Positions 9,517-16,767 of a stretch of DNA of 43,234 nt are shown here, piece after piece. The DNA comes from Phycisphaerales bacterium (GTDB lineage Bacteria; Planctomycetota; Phycisphaerae; Tepidisphaerales; Tepidisphaeraceae). The stretch lies in contig JAQGHP010000048.1 of the NCBI GenBank assembly GCA_028288775.1, positions 1 through 43,234 of the forward strand, read 5' to 3'. The notes under the pieces are model-generated. The model searched no databases. It was not told the origin of the DNA and worked only from the letters and a program-made list of their open reading frames with translations. The position numbers and the translations under genes are program-made. The stretch's first letter is position 1, and every line of letters starts with the position of its first letter.

Positions 9517-10167
9517 ATGACGACCCTCCTCACACCGACGGCTCCGATTTCCACGCTGGCCGATCTCCTCGATCGGATCGGCGGGGTGTCCCCGGGCCGG
9601 GTGCGCATTCATCCGCCGCCCGGGACCGCGACCGAGGCGGACGTCGTCGCGATCGAGGCAAGCGAAAAGCGCCTTTACGAGCTGATCGAGGGCGTTTTGG
9701 TGGAGAAGCCGATGGGGTTTCGTGAGTCGCTGCTCGCCGTCGCGATCGTCACGGCGTTGCAGAACTTCGTGCGCCCCCGCGGGCTCGGCGTTGTTAGCGG
9801 GCCCGATGGCATGATGCGCCTCTTCCCCGGCCTTGTGCGGATTCCCGATGTCGCCTACATCTCGCGAGCGCGCCTCCCCGGCGGCCACGTGCCGGCGGAG
9901 GCGGTCCCGAGCCTCGTCCCCGATCTGGCGGTGGAGGTGCTCAGCGAGAGCAACACGTCCGCCGAGATGGGCCTGAAGCGCCGGGAGTATTTCAGCGCGG
10001 GAGTGCGGCTCGTGTGGCTGGTGAATCCCGACACGCGCACCGCCGAGGTCTTCGCAGATTCCGAACAATCTACGATGCTGACCGACGAGCAATTCCTCGA
10101 CGGCGGCACGGTGCTCCCCGGATTTCAACTCGAATTGAAGTCCGTCTTTGCCGCGTTGGATTTGTAA
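9517..10167 (+). CDS. Uma2 family (DUF820) PD-(D/E)xK endonuclease
   Basis: YELIEGVLVEKPMG, VRIPDVAYISRARL, PDLAVEVLSESNT and EYFSAGVRLVWLVNP are the conserved Uma2 blocks. Confidence 0.85.
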   Translation: MTTLLTPTAPISTLADLLDRIGGVSPGRVRIHPPPGTATEADVVAIEASEKRLYELIEGVLVEKPMGFRESLLAVAIVTALQNFVRPRGLGVVSGPDGMMRLFPGLVRIPDVAYISRARLPGGHVPAEAVPSLVPDLAVEVLSESNTSAEMGLKRREYFSAGVRLVWLVNPDTRTAEVFADSEQSTMLTDEQFLDGGTVLPGFQLELKSVFAALDL

Positions 10168-10206
10168 CTCGTCAATTGAGTTTTTCTCGGTGATAGCGAT
10201 GCAACT

Positions 10207-10288
10207 GTAGGGTGGGCGTACTCGCCCACCGTTTTTTTGCGCTGCGAACATCCCATGAGAAGTGGTGCGCGAGTACGCCCACCCTACA
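10207..10288. repeat. palindromic repeat, family 3 pair; the left half doubles as the Uma2 gene terminator
   Basis: TGTAGGGTGGGCGTACTCGCCCACC + GTTTTTTTG (10207-10238), and inverted GGTGCGCGAGTACGCCCACCCTACA (10264-10288) 14 nt past the clpB stop. Confidence 0.85.
10211..10238 (+). terminator. intrinsic terminator after the Uma2 gene
   Basis: Stem GGTGGGCG / CGCCCACC with loop TACT, followed by a run of seven T. Confidence 0.7.
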
Positions 10289-10300
10289 TTTCTCGCGGAC

Positions 10301-12943
10301 TTACCGCACGCCGGCCGGCTCTTCCTCCACCACTTTGGCGGGGGCGTTGCCTTGGGAGCGGGTGAAGATGAACGCGTGGCGTGAGGGGTCCACGTCCACG
10401 CGTACCGTGTCGCCTTCGCCGAAGTCTCCGGCCAGGATGTGGGTGGCCAGGGGGTTTTCTATCTTTTGCTGGATCAGTCGCCGCAGCGGACGAGCGCCGT
10501 AGGCAGGGTCGTAGCCTTCCTCGGCCAGCAGGTTCTTTGCGGCCTCGGCAAGCTCCAGGTGCAGGCCCCGGGCGGCCAGCCGCTTGCGGAGCGAGTCGAG
10601 CTGCACGTCCACGATCCTGGCGAGCTGTTCGCGCGTGAGGGTGTGGAAGAGGATGACCTCGTCGATGCGGTTGAGGAATTCCGGGCGGAAATTGAGCTTG
10701 AGCAGGCCTTGCACCGCCGCCTCAATTTCCCACTCGGGGGCGTGCTCGGCGGAGAGCTTTTGGATTTCCGCCGACCCGAGATTGCTCGTCATGATGATGA
10801 CGGTGTTCTTGAAATTCACCGTGCGGCCCTGCCCATCCGTCAGGCGGCCGTCGTCGAGCACCTGAAGCAGCACATTGAACACGTCGCGGTGGGCCTTCTC
10901 GATTTCGTCGAACAAAATGACGCTGTACGGCCGCCGACGCACGGCCTCGGTGAGGCGGCCGCCCTCCTCGTACCCGACGTAGCCCGGCGGCGCGCCGATC
11001 AGGCGGGCCACGGAGTGCTGCTCCATGAACTCGCTCATGTCGATCCGCACCATCGCGTTCTCGTCGTCGAACAGAAACTCTGCCAGGGCCTTGGAGAGTT
11101 CCGTTTTTCCGACGCCGGTCGGCCCTAAAAACATGAACGAGCCGATGGGCCGGTTGGGGTCGCCCAGGCCCGCGCGGTTGCGCCGCACCGCGTTGGCCAC
11201 GGCGTGGACTGCCTCGTCCTGGCCTATCACCCTCTTGGCCAAGCGCTCCTCCATCTTCATCAATTTCTCGCGCTCGCCTTCGAGCATGCGATCGACGGGC
11301 ACGCCCGTCCAGCGGGAGACGACGGCGGCAATTTCCTGTGGGGTCACTTCCTCCTTGACCATTGCATTGCCGCTCTCCGTAAGCTCGCGGAGACGCTTAT
11401 GGGCTTCGTCAATCTGGCGCTGGATCTCCCGGAGTTCGCCATATTGGATGCGGGCGGCGACCTCCCAATTCCCCTGCCGCTGCGCCTGTTCGAGCTCCAC
11501 TTTTTTCTGGTCCATCTTCTCCTGCAGGGTTTTGATGGCGCGGAGTGCGCCGACTTCGTTCTCCCAGCGTGTGGTGAGCTCGGTGTTCTTTTCCTGGAGT
11601 TCGCTCAACTCGCGCTCGGCCTTTTCCAACTGCTGGCGCGAGGCGGGGTCTTTTTCGCTGCGCAGGGCCTGAATCTCGATCTGGAGCTGCATGATCCTCC
11701 GGCGGATCTGGTCGAGCTCGGCGGGCATCGAATCGTTCTCGATCCGCAGACGGCTGGCGGCTTCGTCGATCAGGTCGATCGCCTTGTCGGGGAGGAAGCG
11801 CTCGGTGATGTAGCGGTCGCTGAGCACCGCGGCCGATACGATCGCCGCGTCCGTGATGCGCACGCCGTGGTGCGTCTCGTAACGTTCCTTGAGCCCGCGC
11901 AGGATGGCGATGGTGTCCTCCACGCTGGGCTGATCGACGAAGATCGGCTGGAAGCGGCGTTCGAGGGCGGCGTCTTTTTCGATGTTCTTCCGGTACTCGT
12001 CGAGCGTGGTCGCGCCGATGGTGCGCAGCTCCCCGCGCGCGAGCGCGGGCTTGAGCAAATTGCCGGCGTCCATCGACCCCTCGGCCTTTCCCGCGCCGAC
12101 GACTGTGTGCAGCTCGTCGATGAAAAGGATGATCTGCCCTTCGCTCTGCGTGACTTCCTTGATGACCGCCTTGAGGCGGTCCTCGAATTCCCCGCGGTAT
12201 TTCACCCCTGCGATCAGCGAGCCCATGTCCAGCGCGATGATCCGCTTGTTTTTCAGAACCTCAGGCACGTCGCTGTTGACCATGCGAATGGCCAACCCTT
12301 CGACGATGGCGGTTTTGCCCACGCCTGGCTCGCCGATGAGCACGGGATTGTTTTTCGTGCGGCGGGCGAGGACCTGCATGGTTCGGCGGATTTCCTCGTC
12401 GCGCCCGATCACCGGATCGAGCTTGCCCTGCCGGGCCGCTTCCACCAGGTCGCGGCCGTAGCGCTGGAGGGCCTGATACTTTTCCTCGGGGTTCTGGTCG
12501 GTGACGCGCTGTCCGCCGCGAACGTCCTTCAATGCGTCGAGGAGCGCGTTATGCGTGACGCCGTTGGCAGTGAGAATTCGCTGCGCCTCGCTTCTGACCT
12601 GCGACAGGGCGAGCAGCAGATGCTCGGTCGAGACGTACTCGTCCTTCAGCCGATCGGCCTCTTTCTGGGCGGCGGTGAAGACGTCCTGCGTCGTGCGGCT
12701 GAGACCGAGTTGCGTGCCCGTCGCGCTGGGAAGGCGATCGAGTTCGCTCTCGATCTGCTGCGCGATTCCGGCGACGTTCGCGCCGAGCTTTTGCAGCAGC
12801 GGCCCGACGACGCCTTCCCTCTCCGCCAGCAAAGCCGCCAGCAGATGCACCGGAAGAATTTCGGGATTGTTGCGTTGTTGAGCGAGCTCCTGCGCCCGTG
12901 CCACCGCTTCCTGCGCCTTGATAGTGAACTTGTCGATTCGCAT
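10301..12943 (-). CDS. clpB: ATP-dependent chaperone ClpB
   Basis: ATG 12943 is preceded by GGAG and gives [14 protein letters not shown]. Two AAA modules ([16 protein letters not shown]) and a long M-domain coiled coil. 880 aa. Confidence 0.95.
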   Translation of the reverse strand: MRIDKFTIKAQEAVARAQELAQQRNNPEILPVHLLAALLAEREGVVGPLLQKLGANVAGIAQQIESELDRLPSATGTQLGLSRTTQDVFTAAQKEADRLKDEYVSTEHLLLALSQVRSEAQRILTANGVTHNALLDALKDVRGGQRVTDQNPEEKYQALQRYGRDLVEAARQGKLDPVIGRDEEIRRTMQVLARRTKNNPVLIGEPGVGKTAIVEGLAIRMVNSDVPEVLKNKRIIALDMGSLIAGVKYRGEFEDRLKAVIKEVTQSEGQIILFIDELHTVVGAGKAEGSMDAGNLLKPALARGELRTIGATTLDEYRKNIEKDAALERRFQPIFVDQPSVEDTIAILRGLKERYETHHGVRITDAAIVSAAVLSDRYITERFLPDKAIDLIDEAASRLRIENDSMPAELDQIRRRIMQLQIEIQALRSEKDPASRQQLEKAERELSELQEKNTELTTRWENEVGALRAIKTLQEKMDQKKVELEQAQRQGNWEVAARIQYGELREIQRQIDEAHKRLRELTESGNAMVKEEVTPQEIAAVVSRWTGVPVDRMLEGEREKLMKMEERLAKRVIGQDEAVHAVANAVRRNRAGLGDPNRPIGSFMFLGPTGVGKTELSKALAEFLFDDENAMVRIDMSEFMEQHSVARLIGAPPGYVGYEEGGRLTEAVRRRPYSVILFDEIEKAHRDVFNVLLQVLDDGRLTDGQGRTVNFKNTVIIMTSNLGSAEIQKLSAEHAPEWEIEAAVQGLLKLNFRPEFLNRIDEVILFHTLTREQLARIVDVQLDSLRKRLAARGLHLELAEAAKNLLAEEGYDPAYGARPLRRLIQQKIENPLATHILAGDFGEGDTVRVDVDPSRHAFIFTRSQGNAPAKVVEEEPAGVR

Positions 12944-13248
12944 CGAATGCTCCAGATCGCCCCTGGGAAACCGCGAAAAACTCAACGTTGTGCTAATCGC
13001 GTCAATGCAAAATATAGGCCACCAGGCGCGGGGATGAATGGGGCGAAATCCTTAAGTTTTGGCTTTCTCGTAGGTTATTAAGCTGATCCGCGAGGGGCGA
13101 AATGGCGGTCAGGGGAACACGCAAACCGCCATTCCAGCAACCGGCTGCTGTTCTGGCAGCATGATCCCGCGGTGGAACTGTCCGCCGGAACGTGGTTAAA
13201 TCTCTCGTCGCCGGCCGCTGGTGGCAGGTAACGAGGCCTGGAGGTTTT

Positions 13249-13359
13249 ATGCGCTGGGTTCTGTTGTGTGCCGTCGCGGCACTGGTTATCGGGTGTGACA
13301 AGAAGATTCACGAAGCGGGGCTGCGGGTCCCTGCGCCTATGGAACTGGCCCGTCGATAA
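13249..13359 (+). CDS. possible 36-aa mini-lipoprotein (not in the ORF track)
   Basis: GGAGG lies 4 nt before the ATG. MRWVLLCAVAALVIGCDKKIHEAGLRVPAPMELARR has a signal-like segment and a VIGC lipobox. The ORF is short, so this is weak. Confidence 0.3.
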   Translation: MRWVLLCAVAALVIGCDKKIHEAGLRVPAPMELARR

Positions 13360-13428
13360 GCCGTCCGCGCATTCGTTCAGAGTCCGCTTCGCTACGATTC
13401 GGCATTCACGATTATAGGGAGCCCATCC

Positions 13429-13665
13429 ATGGCCGACCGCACGCCGCCAGTCATCAGTCCGACTGCCGAGATCGCCCCGAAGCTCGAATTTCTGATCCGC
13501 GAGACCGGCGGCATGGAAGACGCGCCCGCCGGGACGTTCAAGGTGAAGGTGTTCCACACCGCCGCCTTCCCGTGGGAAGAGGTTTTCAAGCTCCTGCTTT
13601 ACCGCGGGTACAAGGTGCAGGTCACGGCGCACAAGGCGGATTTGTTCGTCGAAGCAACGACGTAG
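13429..13665 (+). CDS. small protein of unknown function (78 aa)
   Basis: AGGGAG lies upstream of the ATG. Balanced, non-Arg-biased composition (FKVKVFHTAAFPWEEVFKLLLYRGYKVQV). A long hairpin follows it. Confidence 0.5.
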   Translation: MADRTPPVISPTAEIAPKLEFLIRETGGMEDAPAGTFKVKVFHTAAFPWEEVFKLLLYRGYKVQVTAHKADLFVEATT

Positions 13666-13696
13666 GATGCGGATCGACCGTGCCCCGTGGTATCAA

Positions 13697-13793
13697 GGAA
13701 CAGACGATTAACATTAAGATTAGGATCGCGCTCTGAGGCGCATCTCCGAGCGCTCCTATCCTAATCTTGATCTTAATCCTAATCGTCTGTTCC
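13697..13793. repeat. long imperfect hairpin built from GATTAA/GATTAG hexamers
   Basis: Outer arms GGAACAGACGATTA / TAATCGTCTGTTCC are perfect. Inner arms are made of (A/G)GATTA repeats. AT-rich, and located between convergent genes. Confidence 0.8.
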
Positions 13794-13822
13794 TGATCCC
13801 GCTTGCCGCCTGCCCACCAGAT

Positions 13823-14758
13823 TCACACTACCTGCCCCACCCTCTCAATCGCCGCCAGCGCCGGCTTCAAATACTCCTGCCCGAACAGCCGCAGATGATT
13901 GAGCATGCTGTAGAGCTGGTACACCGGCTTGCGGATCTGGTGGTACTCCGGTGGCAGCTTGCGGGTCTGCTGGTACGTCTTCAAGAACGCCGGCGTTACG
14001 GTGTGGAAAAGCTCGAGGTACGCCAGCTCCTGCTCGCAGTGGGCGTATTTGCAATTCGGATCGAGCAGGGCCGCGATGTGCCAGTTTCCATTCGCATCGG
14101 GCCGCGCCATCATGTTGGTTGACCAAAGATCCCAGTGAACCAGACGGGGGCAATCGGCATGGCCGATGAGGCGGTCGAGCCGCTCGTGAACCTTCCCCAC
14201 CTGCTTGCGGCATTTCACGGGCAACACGCCGGACTTTTCCACCTCATGCCAGATGGGGTCGTAGATGGTGCGGTAGCATTCGGGCCAGCTCTCGAATTTC
14301 ACGGGGTCGCCGCCGTGAACGCGCATGTAGTGCGGATTGGTCTTCGCGTGTAGTCGCAGTACCAGCTCGGCAAGCTCGACCTGGAGCGCGTCGAACTGTT
14401 CCGGAGTGCAGGCGGCCTTGGCCGCGGCCAGATCAACCCCCTCGACGAATTCCATGAGGATGTAGCTGAACGGATCGTCGAGGCTGCCGATCTTAAAGCG
14501 ATACACCTCCGGCACCGGCACGCCTGCTTCGCGCAGCAGGGCGAGCTGCCAGGCTTCATCCGCATGGGCCTTGTCCACGCGGTGCGGCGTAATCTTCAGC
14601 ACGGCCTTGCCGCCGTCCTTGAGACCCAAAGCCAAAGTAATGTTGATACTTCCCCCGGCGAGCGGTGTCACCGCGTCCAGCTCCGCAGTCTCGCCCGCCC
14701 AATCCCGGACGATCCCACGGAGCACCTGCCACGAAATATCGACCTCATGAGGTGTCAT
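13823..14758 (-). CDS. phosphotransferase of the fructosamine-kinase / aminoglycoside-phosphotransferase (protein-kinase-like) family
   Basis: LAGGSINITL, AVLKI (Lys), ILMEFVEG, and the catalytic region RLVHWDLWSTNMM followed by LLDPNCKYAHCEQELAYL. The start is either ATG 14758 or GTG 14770. Confidence 0.75.
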   Translation of the reverse strand: MTPHEVDISWQVLRGIVRDWAGETAELDAVTPLAGGSINITLALGLKDGGKAVLKITPHRVDKAHADEAWQLALLREAGVPVPEVYRFKIGSLDDPFSYILMEFVEGVDLAAAKAACTPEQFDALQVELAELVLRLHAKTNPHYMRVHGGDPVKFESWPECYRTIYDPIWHEVEKSGVLPVKCRKQVGKVHERLDRLIGHADCPRLVHWDLWSTNMMARPDANGNWHIAALLDPNCKYAHCEQELAYLELFHTVTPAFLKTYQQTRKLPPEYHQIRKPVYQLYSMLNHLRLFGQEYLKPALAAIERVGQVV

Positions 14759-14986
14759 GCGATGCGACACCTACATCTTGCGCCTCCCGTTTCATTTCGA
14801 CAACCAAAATCCCGGGGCAAATGTAATTTCAATCGCAAAGGTCCGGACGCGTCGGCTGACTCGCAGACCGCTGGTCATCTGCGAGTACCTGCACAGTTCT
14901 CGGGGTGCCGCGGTCTGTCGCACCCTATCCTTCTTGCCCTCGCCCACAGCGTTGTGTCCGCCGAGGGGCTTGAAGCCTGATTGGGT

Positions 14987-15808
14987 TTACGAACGATCCA
15001 CGCCGCGCGGTCCGTGCCGGGGCGGGCCGTCCTCATCGTTTGACGGGGGTCCGGGCGGACGCCGCTCGCCTTGCCCTTCGTCGTCGGGACGCGGGGGCCG
15101 GCCCGCGGCCGGGCCGTTCTCGGAATGTGGGCGGGCGTCGCCCTGCGGCCGATGGCGGGCGCACGGCGGGGGCGGCGGGCCGTCGTTGTCATCGGGCGGG
15201 CCGCCGGCATGATCATGGCCGCCGCGCTCGCCATACGGATGCGGGGCGTTCTGCCTCGGGCCGTTCTCGGGCGGGCCGTCTTCCTGGTTTCGCGGGTCGT
15301 GGCGGCGTCGGTTGGATTGGGGGCGCGGCGCGTCGTCTTCCCTGCGCGGAGGTCGCGCATCGGCTCCCGGCCCGCGGCCGCCGGGGCCGCGATTATGCCG
15401 CGGCGGTGGCGGAGGACCGTCGTCTTGCTCATCCGATTCCCGGAGGTGCCGCGGCGGACCGGGCGGCGCGCCATTCTCCCCATCCTGCGCTCCGTGACGT
15501 CCCCGGGGCGGAGGCGGGGGCAGTTCATCAGGCGCATCCGCGCCGCCATTGTCCGCACCTCGGCCACCATACCGGGGCGGAGGAGGCGGACCTTCCTCCT
15601 GCCCGCCCCGCGCGCGGTGTTGCCGGGGCGGGGGTGCTGGGCCATCGTCCTGGGCGCCGGGGCCATCCTGTTGACGGCCGGCCGGGCCTGGGTGACGAGG
15701 TGGTGGCTGGTCGTCATTTCCCCCGGGCGCCGCGGCCCACGTCACTCCGCCGCAAGCACCGCCCAGCAATACCAGGCCGGCAAGAATCTCTTGCAATCGG
15801 TTCCTCAT
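14987..15808 (-). CDS. secreted Pro/Gly/Asp/Arg-rich repeat protein
   Basis: AGGAG lies 7 nt before ATG 15808. MRNRLQEILAGLVLLGGACGGVTWAAAP is a signal peptide. Roughly ten degenerate D/E-G-P-P-P-P-P-R-H units follow. Confidence 0.6.
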   Translation of the reverse strand: MRNRLQEILAGLVLLGGACGGVTWAAAPGGNDDQPPPRHPGPAGRQQDGPGAQDDGPAPPPRQHRARGGQEEGPPPPPRYGGRGADNGGADAPDELPPPPPRGRHGAQDGENGAPPGPPRHLRESDEQDDGPPPPPRHNRGPGGRGPGADARPPRREDDAPRPQSNRRRHDPRNQEDGPPENGPRQNAPHPYGERGGHDHAGGPPDDNDGPPPPPCARHRPQGDARPHSENGPAAGRPPRPDDEGQGERRPPGPPSNDEDGPPRHGPRGVDRS

Positions 15809-15955
15809 CGAACGACTCCTTTCCAAAAGCCCGCACCGTTCAACCCGGCGGAATACGCAACGCGTTCCACCGCACAAGCACAGTCTAGAAGGGTGAACCT
15901 GAAGTGGACGTGAAGATGCAAACGCCTTACCGAACTCAACTTCATCGCAGCCAGC

Positions 15956-16657
15956 TCAGACCTCCGCTAATAGCCGGTAGCCCACGCCCGGTTCGGTCAG
16001 GAGGTATCGCGGCCGCGCGGGGTCCTGCTCGAGCTTCTGACGGAGCTGGTTCATGTAGACGCGGAGGTAATGCGTTTCGTTGCCCGTTCCCGGTCCCCAC
16101 ACTTCCTTGAGGAGCTGGCGATGCGTCATGACCATTCCCGCGTGCTTGACCAGCACCGCAAGGAGTTTGAATTCGTTGGGCGTGAGATGGACCTCCCCTC
16201 CCGCGCCGCTCACCCGGCGGTGCAGCAGGTCCACATGCAATGCGCCGACCGTAAAGGTCGGATCGCCGGTATCGGCGTCCACGGTAGCCGCGTGGCGCAG
16301 GGCGACGCGCACGCGCGCCATGAGTTCGCCGACGTTGAAGGGCTTGGTGAGATAGTCATCCGCCCCCGCGTCGAGCGCGACGATTTTGTCCTGCTCCTTT
16401 CCCCGCGCCGACACGACTATGACCGGCACCGCCGACCATTCGCGGAGCTGCTTCACGAGCTCGACGCCATCCATGTCAGGGAGCCCGAGGTCGAGGATCA
16501 CGAGATCGGGCTGACGGCTGGCCGCCTCCAGCAGTCCGGCCTTACCGGTTTTCGCCTCAATAAGTTGATGCCCCTGGCTGGTGAGGGTGACGCGGAGAAA
16601 CTTCTGGATCGCCGGGTCATCTTCGATCACCAGGATAACGGGGGAAGTTTCGGACAT
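15956..16657 (-). CDS. kdpE: OmpR-family response regulator KdpE
   Basis: Receiver domain (ILVIEDD, LVILDLGLPDMDG, VIVVSARG, YLTKPF) plus a winged-helix domain (LTPNEFKLLAVL, YLRVYMNQLRQKLE), immediately downstream of kdpD. Confidence 0.9.
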   Translation of the reverse strand: MSETSPVILVIEDDPAIQKFLRVTLTSQGHQLIEAKTGKAGLLEAASRQPDLVILDLGLPDMDGVELVKQLREWSAVPVIVVSARGKEQDKIVALDAGADDYLTKPFNVGELMARVRVALRHAATVDADTGDPTFTVGALHVDLLHRRVSGAGGEVHLTPNEFKLLAVLVKHAGMVMTHRQLLKEVWGPGTGNETHYLRVYMNQLRQKLEQDPARPRYLLTEPGVGYRLLAEV

Positions 16658-16678
16658 GCTCGGTTTCTTTCAGCACGA

Positions 16679-16753
16679 ATGTGGCACAGCGCCCTCGACT
16701 GTGTCTTCATCTCCCGCTCGCGGCGGAATCACAGCCGGGGCGGCTGTGCCACA
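16679..16753. repeat. palindromic repeat, family 1 (GTGGCACAGCCGCC-N-GGCTGTG ... CACAGCCG-N-GGCGGCTGTGCCAC), intercistronic kdpD|kdpE
   Basis: TGTGGCACAGCGCCCTCGACTGTG...GCGGCGGAATCACAGCCGGGGCGGCTGTGCCACA. Other copies are at 25464, 27743 and 29853. Confidence 0.85.
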
Positions 16754-16767
16754 TGAATCTCTCGATC

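Noticed and set aside
12944-13080. CIRCE or sigma32 heat-shock control element upstream of clpB (TTAGCAC...GAGT; CTTAAGG...CCCCATTCA)
   Set aside because: Only one CIRCE half-site is present with no GAGTGCTAA partner. The spacing between the CTTAAG-like and CCCCAT-like boxes is about 7 nt instead of 13-17.
11204-13081. 625-aa ORF antisense to clpB. Similar long shadow ORFs occur at 564-1547, 4683-5423, 5780-6538, 7115-7981, 8129-9121, 9490-10251, 16070-16756, 18211-18975, 19033-19791, 22264-23013, 23123-23740, 26253-27038, 30796-31641, 34276-34971, 35279-36151, 36301-36918, 37257-38567 and 40904-42226
   Set aside because: They overlap genes with clear family signatures on the other strand. 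They have Arg/Ala/Gly/Leu-dominated, motif-free sequences typical of stop-poor antisense frames in GC-rich DNA, and they lack RBSs.
14875-15913. Alternative 280-282-aa ORFs in other frames or on the plus strand across the proline-repeat locus
   Set aside because: They have no signal peptide or RBS and their sequences are Arg/Ala/Gly homogenates. Their openness is explained by the repeat's composition. Only the 15808 frame has start signals.
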